Shown here: positions 56,836-64,000 of the stretch, one piece after another
How positions within the stretch are numbered: the stretch's first letter is position 1
How the letters are laid out: every line of letters begins with the position of its first letter
Assembly (NCBI GenBank): GCA_964558935.1
Contig: CAZLFP010000001.1
Span: 147,260 to 211,259, forward strand
Direction of reading: 5' to 3'
DNA length: 64,000 nucleotides
Source of the DNA: an uncultured Gammaproteobacteria bacterium
GTDB lineage: Bacteria; Patescibacteriota; Patescibacteriia; 2-01-FULL-39-33
The notes under the pieces: generated by a model
Seen by the model: the letters and a program-made list of their open reading frames with translations, nothing else
What the model was told of the DNA's origin: nothing
Databases searched by the model: none
Program-made: the position numbers and the translations under genes

Positions 56836-56909
56836 ACTGTGGCTGTTGACTTAGACTAGTATTCCGAGAGGTTAGTCCAAGATAGTCTAGCAGTCACAGT
56901 ATTTTTTTT
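56836..56909 (+). ncRNA. putative ~65-nt hairpin small RNA with own promoter
   Basis: TTGCCA-17-TAATAT (56800-56828); ACTGTGGCTGT/GCAGTCACAGT closing stem, internal loops, CC-GAGA-GG GNRA cap, T-tract. Confidence 0.45.
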
Positions 56910-58275
56910 ACACAGTATATTTCTGACCATATTCCGGAATCACTCCTTCAATGCCTAATTTCTGTTTTAAACCATCCTTAATCATCAAAGCCGGTTCTTC
57001 TTCACCGTGCACCACAAAAACCTGTTTAGGTTTAGGACGAGTCATCATCTTAACCCAATGCAATAATTTGGGCTGGTCAGCGTGAGCAGAATAGGCTCCA
57101 ATGGCATCGATCTTAGCTTTGACTCTCACCTGTTCTCCCAAAATCTTAACCTGTTTGGCTCCGTCAAACAACTTTCTGCCCAAAGAACCATCCACTTGGT
57201 AGCCAATGAAAAGTAATTGATTATTAGGATCATTTAAGTACAACTTCAAATGAAAAGGAATTCGACCTCCCACGCACATACCAGAACCGGCAATAATTAC
57301 CTTGGGTGGCTGTATGCCATTAATTCTTTTAGATTGGCGACTGCTACTGGTAAACTCAAGGCCTGGAAATTGGAAAATATCATCTCCGGCTTGCATTAAT
57401 TTTTGAGATTCTTTATCAAAATAATGTAAATAATCTTGGTAAATTTTAGTCGCCCTAATGGCTAAAGGTGAATCTAAAAAAACCCTGGTATCTGGCACCA
57501 ACCGATTTTCAATTAAATAGTTTAATTCATACAATACTTCTTGAGTTCTTTCCAAAGCAAAAGAAGGGATCATTAAAACTCCTTTCTGGCCTACAGATTG
57601 AATAATCGCTTCTTTTAACATCCTAAGCCTTAATTCAGCTGGCTCATGTATTCTACCGCCATAGGTCGCTTCCATAACCACATAATCTGCACCGTCAATC
57701 ACGCTGGTATCTTTTAACAAAGGAACCGGCGAATTGCCCAAATCACCTGAAAAAACTAATTTCTTCTCTTGGGAGCCATCCTTAATCCAAACTTCAGCTA
57801 TCGCCGAACCTAAGATATGCCCGGCATCTCGTAATTTGAATCTTAGTTTGGAATTAATTTTAATCTGCCGATCATATTTCAAAGGTACAAAGAGATTGAT
57901 CAAATCTCTGACATTTTGACGGGAATAAGGAGCGGGTCGATTCTGACTCTTGGCTTCTTTTTGGGCAATACGCGCTGAATCATACAGCATTAGATATGCA
58001 AAATCTTTAGTTGGCTCAACACAATACACCTTGCCTCTGAAGCCATCTTTATATAACTTGGGCAACCGACCGGCATGATCCATATGAGCATGAGTCAGTA
58101 TGACAAAATCTATTTCCTTGGGATCAAAAGCAAACTCATCCCAATTTCTACTGGCATAAAAATCTCCACCTTGGAAAATCCCACAATCTACCAAAAACTT
58201 AACCGAATCTGTTTCCACTAAGTGGCAAGAGCCAGTCACTTCTTGGCAAGCACCATGAAATGATAATTTAATCAT
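56908..58275 (-). CDS. metallo-beta-lactamase / beta-CASP RNA-processing nuclease
   Basis: EVTGSC, THAHMDH, DAGHILGS, EATYG, SAHADQ, VHGE. Confidence 0.92.
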   Translation of the reverse strand: MIKLSFHGACQEVTGSCHLVETDSVKFLVDCGIFQGGDFYASRNWDEFAFDPKEIDFVILTHAHMDHAGRLPKLYKDGFRGKVYCVEPTKDFAYLMLYDSARIAQKEAKSQNRPAPYSRQNVRDLINLFVPLKYDRQIKINSKLRFKLRDAGHILGSAIAEVWIKDGSQEKKLVFSGDLGNSPVPLLKDTSVIDGADYVVMEATYGGRIHEPAELRLRMLKEAIIQSVGQKGVLMIPSFALERTQEVLYELNYLIENRLVPDTRVFLDSPLAIRATKIYQDYLHYFDKESQKLMQAGDDIFQFPGLEFTSSSRQSKRINGIQPPKVIIAGSGMCVGGRIPFHLKLYLNDPNNQLLFIGYQVDGSLGRKLFDGAKQVKILGEQVRVKAKIDAIGAYSAHADQPKLLHWVKMMTRPKPKQVFVVHGEEEPALMIKDGLKQKLGIEGVIPEYGQKYTV

Positions 58276-59654
58276 ATTAACTTTTTAAATTGATTACCCC
58301 GATCAAATTCGTTGATAAATAATCCAAAGGAAGCAAAACCGGGACTGAGTAAAATAATGTCTCCTTTTTTGGCCATTGATTTGGCAATGCCAACAGCTTG
58401 AACCATCGACCGGACAACGGTAATCGGCAACTTATCTATCTTCTTGACTCTTGACAATAATTTATCTGTGCCCGTACCTTCAAACAAAACCAGAGACTTC
58501 ACATGCTGCTTTATCAAAGGAATGACCAAATCATATTTAAGCCCCTTGTCTGAACCACCGGCCAGTAAAACAATGTTTCTTTTCCGACCCAATGATTTTA
58601 AAGCCACGCTTAAAGCCTCGGGTGTAGTGGAAGTTGTATCATTGTAGTACTTAACACCCTGATCTGTTTTAACCAATTCCAGTCTGTCAGCGATACCGGT
58701 AAAACTTTTCACACCTCTAACAATATTTTTAACAGCTATGCCGTAAATCATAGCAACACATACAGCGGCCAGAGTGTTATACACATTATGCTCACCAGGA
58801 ATTTGAATATCCTTCAAACTAACCACTCTTTGCTCCTGACCATCTTGTCTGAAACAGATATACCCCCTTTTGACAAAGCAGCCGTTTTGTTCTGCAAACT
58901 CGTCCAGACTAAACCAGTATCTTTGAGCCAAAGCTTGAGAGGCAATTTTGTTAGTATACTTGTTATCCTTATTGATAACCAGATAATCTTGCGGGTTTTG
59001 CCATTTAAAAATATGGCTCTTAGCCTGAACATAATCTGTCATATCGGCATAAGTATTTAAATGATCCGGATACACATTGGTAAAAACAGCAATATGAGGA
59101 CTTAATTGGTACGGCTCCAAGCTTTCTGTCAGCCAAGAGGATAATTCCAACACAACGGGACCGCCTTTGTTGATCTGAGACAATTGAGCTAGAGGTGAAC
59201 AGGTAATATTACCACCCAATACACTGTTGGGATATTGGGTTGAAATAAGTTTATGGATTAAACTGGTGGTCGTACTCTTACCTCTGGTACCGGTAATGCC
59301 AATCAGTCTTTTTCTATCCACCAATTTAAAAAAAATGGAAATATCTGTTTCAATGGGAATTTGATGCTTTCTGGCCAGATTTAATAATTGAGATCTGTTG
59401 GGTACCAAAGGATTTCTGACAATTAAATCGGCATTTAAAACATCTTGACTGCGGTGTTCTCCCAGTACATATTTAATCTGACTCTCATATCTCTTTAACC
59501 TCTTAATCTGGTCTTTGAGTTGTGCATGGGTTTTTAAATCCGTAATCGTTAACTTGGCACCTTGTTTAAGCAAATACTTGGCCGCTGAGATACCGCTACC
59601 TTGAGGAAAAACACCCAACCCAATTAGAGTTACTTTTTTGTTTTGGTAATTCAT
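58272..59654 (-). CDS. murD: UDP-N-acetylmuramoyl-L-alanine--D-glutamate ligase
   Basis: GITGTRGKSTT, GGNI, ELSSW, PDHL, YNDTTSTTP, LLSPGFASF. Confidence 0.94.
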   Translation of the reverse strand: MNYQNKKVTLIGLGVFPQGSGISAAKYLLKQGAKLTITDLKTHAQLKDQIKRLKRYESQIKYVLGEHRSQDVLNADLIVRNPLVPNRSQLLNLARKHQIPIETDISIFFKLVDRKRLIGITGTRGKSTTTSLIHKLISTQYPNSVLGGNITCSPLAQLSQINKGGPVVLELSSWLTESLEPYQLSPHIAVFTNVYPDHLNTYADMTDYVQAKSHIFKWQNPQDYLVINKDNKYTNKIASQALAQRYWFSLDEFAEQNGCFVKRGYICFRQDGQEQRVVSLKDIQIPGEHNVYNTLAAVCVAMIYGIAVKNIVRGVKSFTGIADRLELVKTDQGVKYYNDTTSTTPEALSVALKSLGRKRNIVLLAGGSDKGLKYDLVIPLIKQHVKSLVLFEGTGTDKLLSRVKKIDKLPITVVRSMVQAVGIAKSMAKKGDIILLSPGFASFGLFINEFDRGNQFKKLI

Positions 59655-60319
59655 AGTGATCTAACCACAGCCATGGGTGTTTGCTCACTGCCCTGGCCTA
59701 ATGGATTATCTTTAAAAATGGCTTTGGCCAGCTCAGAATCCACTCCTTGACTGACACCCAGCACATTAACACCTAAATCGTTTGCGTCAATTATTATTAC
59801 TTGAATATTATACTCATCTGCCAACTTCTGAGCTACTTTGTCTGGCTCTTTTGGACCCAAAACCGCATACTCATTGTAGGGAGGCAGAGTGTAATCACAA
59901 GGACCGTCAATGGCATTGACGCCATGACCGGCCAGGATATAGAAAACACCCTTTTGACCGAATAATTTGGCAATACCCCCAATTAAAGCAGCGACTACAA
60001 TTCTTAAACCTCCGGCTTCATTAATCGCCAGTTGCATCGTTTCCGGCCGACCCAAGCCAATACCATAGGGTGACTTGTAGACAAATTTAACCAACAACCT
60101 TGCTAACCATCCAACCTTAACCTCAGAAATCTTGTAGGCTCTGCCCTGGGTAATCGCCACACATCTCTCTGAAATAAACAGAATATCTCCTGTTTGCAAA
60201 ACCGGTTTGGCATATTGCGCTACCACCTGAAAGATGTCATCTGCCGGCATAATAACATGCGTCTTAATATGCCATCTCTGGTAAGTCTTGTTTTCAACTG
60301 TTATTTGCGTTTGTGTCAT
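59651..60319 (-). CDS. coenzyme F420-0:gamma-glutamyl ligase (CofE)-like protein
   Basis: IKTHVI, GDILFISERCVAITQGR, AIDG, IIDAND, DNPLGQGSEQTP. Confidence 0.75.
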   Translation of the reverse strand: MTQTQITVENKTYQRWHIKTHVIMPADDIFQVVAQYAKPVLQTGDILFISERCVAITQGRAYKISEVKVGWLARLLVKFVYKSPYGIGLGRPETMQLAINEAGGLRIVVAALIGGIAKLFGQKGVFYILAGHGVNAIDGPCDYTLPPYNEYAVLGPKEPDKVAQKLADEYNIQVIIIDANDLGVNVLGVSQGVDSELAKAIFKDNPLGQGSEQTPMAVVRSL

Positions 60320-60320
60320 A

Positions 60321-61718
60321 CTATCTGTGCACAGTAATTATATCTCCCAATTTGATCCAGTCAAAGAACTTGGCCGCCGGCATATCATCCAATCTGACAC
60401 AACCATGACTGACAGCCGTACCTAAAGAACCGGGTCCTTCTTTAATTCCATTTATATACGGTAAAGCATGAATGCCGTTTTGCACACTGCCGGCGTTGTA
60501 AAAACCTACGAATTTCGGCATACCCCAAGTTTGACCATCCCCGGCTCCATACGCCATTTCATGTTTTGACAACACTTGGAATTCTCCCAAGCGAGTCGGA
60601 GTGGACCTTTTACCGGTCGAAGTTATGTATTCCTCAACTTTGTAACCTAAATCATACCAACCAAATCTTTGTTTGGTGACATCAATATCTACGTACCGAC
60701 CGTAACGCATATCTCCTGTCTGCGTATTTTGCACGACAGTCACTAAATCTGCCTGGCCATCTCCATTTAGTTCACCCAGTGCAATGTTCAAACCGCGACT
60801 ATCCTGAGCCTTACCCACAAAAGACTCTTCCAGCAGACTGCCGTCCGCTTTAAAAATCTTCACATGAGGACCGCCGGTAAAACCGGCCGCAGTTATGATT
60901 TCCTGGCCGGGTTGATTGTCATAATCGTAAGCGGCCACTGACACTCCGCCTCTGAAGTTTTCTTCATAAGCCAAAAATTCGGTAATTAAAGAGCCATCTG
61001 CCCGATAAATACCAACATAGGGCTGAGACCCATATTGGCCTGAAATAACAATTTCTTGTTTACCATCTCCCCCCAAATCTATACTTGCCAAATTAATTCC
61101 TTTCAGACTTCCGTAGTTGTTGACCTCAAACATGCCATAGTAACTGGCATCCGGATTAAAAATTTTAACCACTGGTTCATACCCATAACTGGAAGCCACT
61201 AAAATCTTGTTGCCATCTCCGTTAAGATTAGCACAAGCCACTGACACTCCCCACCTGTACTCGGTTTTGTCAAAGGCAAAGAAACCATCATTAACGGTCG
61301 GATGACCGTAAGAATCAAAAACACGAATATGCGGACCACCGGTTTCTCCGGCTCCGGTAATGATTTCCGCTTGACCATCTCCATTTAAATCACAAGCGGC
61401 CACAGACACACCTCCCCTGAAATTATCCTTGTAAGCCAAGAAGGCATCCAAAAAAGAACCATCGGCTCTAAATATTTTAACAACCGGTGACTGTTCCTTA
61501 AGAGCACCCAAAATAATTTCAGTTTTTCCATCACTGCCCAAATCCGCGACTGCCAAATTATAGCCTAAACCGTCGTTTTCTTCAAAACCACCCAGTCTGT
61601 TTAAAGATTTTAGAGCATAAAAATTTACCGGCACACCAGCCCAAACCAAGCTGCCCAACAGGCAACCCAGCACAACTAAACCACCCACGGCTAGTTTGTA
61701 ATTAATGTTAGACTTCAC
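60321..61718 (-). CDS. FG-GAP repeat protein with C-terminal L,D-transpeptidase (YkuD) domain
   Basis: N-terminal signal/TM; repeats FLAYxxNFRGGVSVAAxD...GGPH; C-terminal STG..TP.G, GIHA...SHGCVRL. Confidence 0.9.
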   Translation of the reverse strand: MKSNINYKLAVGGLVVLGCLLGSLVWAGVPVNFYALKSLNRLGGFEENDGLGYNLAVADLGSDGKTEIILGALKEQSPVVKIFRADGSFLDAFLAYKDNFRGGVSVAACDLNGDGQAEIITGAGETGGPHIRVFDSYGHPTVNDGFFAFDKTEYRWGVSVACANLNGDGNKILVASSYGYEPVVKIFNPDASYYGMFEVNNYGSLKGINLASIDLGGDGKQEIVISGQYGSQPYVGIYRADGSLITEFLAYEENFRGGVSVAAYDYDNQPGQEIITAAGFTGGPHVKIFKADGSLLEESFVGKAQDSRGLNIALGELNGDGQADLVTVVQNTQTGDMRYGRYVDIDVTKQRFGWYDLGYKVEEYITSTGKRSTPTRLGEFQVLSKHEMAYGAGDGQTWGMPKFVGFYNAGSVQNGIHALPYINGIKEGPGSLGTAVSHGCVRLDDMPAAKFFDWIKLGDIITVHR

Positions 61719-61736
61719 CTTCCAATTATTTATAGA

Positions 61737-62795
61737 TTAAATATTCCAAGCGCCCCTGTCCATTAAAAAAATAACCAAGCCAATAATCGCCATCATGGCT
61801 CCAATCACCCAAAAACGCATTACAACTTTCGCTTCGGGCCAACCAATGGCTTCAAAATGATGATGAATGGGGGTGGATAAAAAAACTTTTTTACCATGTC
61901 TTAATTTTTTGGAAGTCACCTGAATAATAACCGAAGCAGATTCAAGTACAAACAAAAAACCAATGATCGGCAAAAGCAACACAGAATTGGTTAAGAGTGC
62001 AATAATGGCTAAAGTTACTCCCAAAGACATGGCTCCGGTATCCCCCATAAAAAACCGAGCCGGTGTAATGTTAAACCATAAAAAAGCGAGCAATGAGCCA
62101 ATAATCACTCCGCAGAAAGCCGCCAAATCATATTTACCCTGGACAAAAGCGATACTGCCAAAAGATAAAAAGGCAAAAAGCAGAGTACCACCGGACAAAC
62201 CATCTAAACCATCTATTTCATTAACAGAAAAAGCTGTCGCTACGACCACAAAAATCACAAACGGAATAAACCACAACCCCACATTGTAGGTGGCTAAAAA
62301 AGGAATCCGGATAAAATCCCATTCCAATTTAAAATAAAACCACCAGGCCGCTACGATTGCAATGACTGTGTACACAAACAGGCGATGTCCCATAGACAAA
62401 CCGCCGCCATACGGTCCGATCTTTCTGACATTCAAATAATCATCCACCAAACCAACCAGAGCCGCCGCCACCAAAGCTCCCAAGGGTAACCAAGTTTGCG
62501 ATCGAGACAAAAAATTCAATTTGGAAAACTCCCCGTTGAAGAATTGAGATAAATAAAAGAAAGCCAAAGCAATGACCAATGTGGTTATCCAGATCAATAA
62601 ACCGCCCATAACAGGTGTGCCAGACTTTTTCTGATGCAATTGACTCATAATTGGAGCCCTGTCTGAACTTCGAATCTGCTTACCCAATTTAAACTTATAC
62701 AAAAAATGAGTTAACACAGGAGTCCAACCAATAGCCATGACAAAGGACAATAAGGTTAAAAAAAAGATTTTAATCACAAAGAAGTCAATATCCAT
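61737..62795 (-). CDS. mraY: phospho-N-acetylmuramoyl-pentapeptide transferase
   Basis: KSGTPVMGG, GLVDDY, NEIDGLDGL, FMGDTG, PIHHHFE. Confidence 0.96.
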   Translation of the reverse strand: MDIDFFVIKIFFLTLLSFVMAIGWTPVLTHFLYKFKLGKQIRSSDRAPIMSQLHQKKSGTPVMGGLLIWITTLVIALAFFYLSQFFNGEFSKLNFLSRSQTWLPLGALVAAALVGLVDDYLNVRKIGPYGGGLSMGHRLFVYTVIAIVAAWWFYFKLEWDFIRIPFLATYNVGLWFIPFVIFVVVATAFSVNEIDGLDGLSGGTLLFAFLSFGSIAFVQGKYDLAAFCGVIIGSLLAFLWFNITPARFFMGDTGAMSLGVTLAIIALLTNSVLLLPIIGFLFVLESASVIIQVTSKKLRHGKKVFLSTPIHHHFEAIGWPEAKVVMRFWVIGAMMAIIGLVIFLMDRGAWNI

Positions 62796-62797
62796 AC

Positions 62798-63172
62798 TTA
62801 CATGTTAATATATACGATCAAACTGCCGGCAATTAATAAAATAACATTCACCAACACCACATTAGCTGACAAAAAGTAGCTTAAAATCTCATGTTTAAGA
62901 TACATGTAAAAAGCTAATAAGGTGTTAAAAATGACACACACCAAGCCCAGTACTGGTAGTAGAATCACAGCCTGCCAGCTAGTTAAAGAACTGATACCAA
63001 AATAAATATTATATTGAAAAATAATATAATCCTGACTCTGGTAGAAATTGGTAATTAAAACCAACCACAGAATGATGTTTAACAACAAGCCCAAGAGTAA
63101 ACTGATCACAATAAACCGGTTGCGTCTGGCAGGACTGGTTTTAATATTTTGATATAAATTCAACCACACCAT
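62798..63172 (-). CDS. small membrane protein (DUF1648-like)
   Basis: three TM segments; YNIYFGI loop; upstream of mraY. Confidence 0.65.
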   Translation of the reverse strand: MVWLNLYQNIKTSPARRNRFIVISLLLGLLLNIILWLVLITNFYQSQDYIIFQYNIYFGISSLTSWQAVILLPVLGLVCVIFNTLLAFYMYLKHEILSYFLSANVVLVNVILLIAGSLIVYINM

Positions 63173-63315
63173 AATGGCTTGATTTAGTAATTATTATATA
63201 GATTTTATAAAGATTTGTCTATCTATTGACAAAATCCAAAAATCATGTTAGATTGTCGAAGTCTGATGCATGGTGTATCAGATTAAATGTTACTCTAGAT
63301 ATAAGGAGTAGATGG

Positions 63316-63441
63316 ATGACAGAAATGACAGAGGCGTTTGAACTGGTCGAAATGTTCCTGAACATGCTGGCCGAGCTAGTCAGCAATGTCTTCGGCATGG
63401 ATCTGTGGAGCTTTTTCGAAGCTCTAGCCGGTATCCTCTAG
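63316..63441 (+). CDS. 41-aa orphan amphipathic peptide
   Basis: AAGGAG SD at 63303; MTEMTEAFELVEMFLNMLAELVSNVFGMDLWSFFEALAGIL; promoter TTGACA-17-TGt-TAGATT (63226-63254). Confidence 0.55.
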   Translation: MTEMTEAFELVEMFLNMLAELVSNVFGMDLWSFFEALAGIL

Positions 63442-63598
63442 GATCCAATCGTCTCAATTGACCTACCTCACCGCAGCCGTTCTGTGTGTGGGGAGTTTTA
63501 TTCTATCTAGCCTCTTGACAGATCTTAATAATTATGATAATTTACAAAATCAACTTAAATCTCTTAAGTTAGATAATAGCTAAATTTAAATAAATAAT

Positions 63599-64000
63599 AT
63601 GCAAACAAACCCAGTTATTAATGCCAAAAATCTAAAAACAGTAGTGATTATTACTGTAATTTTAGTCATTTTTAGTTTAATCATGAGCTTCATGCAAATT
63701 CCCAAGTATGAATCTACTTCTAAACTGATTGTGGTTTTCAACCAAGAAAACATTGACGTGTACACAGCTGCTCAAACCTCAAATTACATTGCCGGTATTT
63801 TGAGCGAGGTTGTCTACTCTCATTCCTTTATTGATGCCGTCTTAGCTTCTAACTTTGACCTACAAGACACTTTAGGTTTTAGTCAAGAAAAAAGATTAAA
63901 GAATTGGCAAAAAATGGTGAAAGTCAGAATTCAAGACAATAAAGGTATTATGATTATCGATGTTCTAAACACTGACAAGAACCAAGCCCACCAGTATGCC
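63599..64000 (+). CDS. Wzz/YveK-like polysaccharide chain-length determinant (partial, runs off the window)
   Basis: MQTNPVINAKNLKTVVIITVILVIFSLIMSFMQIPKYESTSKLIV...: TM followed by PxYxSxSxL motif. Confidence 0.7.
   Translation, partial: MQTNPVINAKNLKTVVIITVILVIFSLIMSFMQIPKYESTSKLIVVFNQENIDVYTAAQTSNYIAGILSEVVYSHSFIDAVLASNFDLQDTLGFSQEKRLKNWQKMVKVRIQDNKGIMIIDVLNTDKNQAHQYA

Noticed and set aside
56177-56900. Identification as RNase P RNA, tmRNA, or group I/II intron
   Set aside because: No GAGGAAAGTCC/P4 signature, no tRNA-like ends or TTCGA T-loop, no group II domain V. AGACTA...AAGATAGTC in the small hairpin recalls group I P7, but the P3-P6 core and an interrupted host gene are missing.
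60760-61560. Repeated sequence as CRISPR or DGR template/variable repeats
   Set aside because: These are in-frame FG-GAP protein repeats; no spacer structure, cas genes or reverse transcriptase in the window.

Overview
64 kb chromosomal segment of a small-genome bacterium. Gene content suggests Patescibacteria/CPR (Parcubacteria/ABY1-like); this is inference. TGA acts as stop, so code 11. The backbone is mostly minus-strand housekeeping genes: a truB-tsaC fusion, a domain-reduced uvrBAC set, dut, suhB, trmB, dnaX, a VirB4/TraD-like ATPase, corA, dus, cysS, a split dcw cluster (mraY...murD; ftsW-murG-murC; murB; mraZ-rsmH-ftsL-ftsI-murF), rplJ-rplL with an L10 leader, mltG, uppP, mutM, secA and raiA, plus tRNA-Val(CAC) and tRNA-Gln(CTG). 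An AT-rich island (about 12.7-20.1 kb; radical SAM/SPASM, AsnB-like, three glycosyltransferases) abuts tRNA-Gln. The most notable observations are four. (1) A stand-alone, GC-rich, multi-domain structured RNA candidate of about 590 nt at 56.18-56.77 kb has its own consensus sigma70 promoter and terminators, and is followed by a second promoter and a 65-nt hairpin RNA candidate. (2) About nine dispersed mini-cassettes encode 41-130 aa orphan proteins, often Cys/Zn-finger, with strong GGAGG/AAGGAG Shine-Dalgarno sites that the backbone genes I checked lack. (3) A CofE-like ligase is translationally coupled between an L,D-transpeptidase and murD. (4) A conserved gene is split at a possible shifty stop. 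No CRISPR array, integrase, transposase or rRNA was seen.
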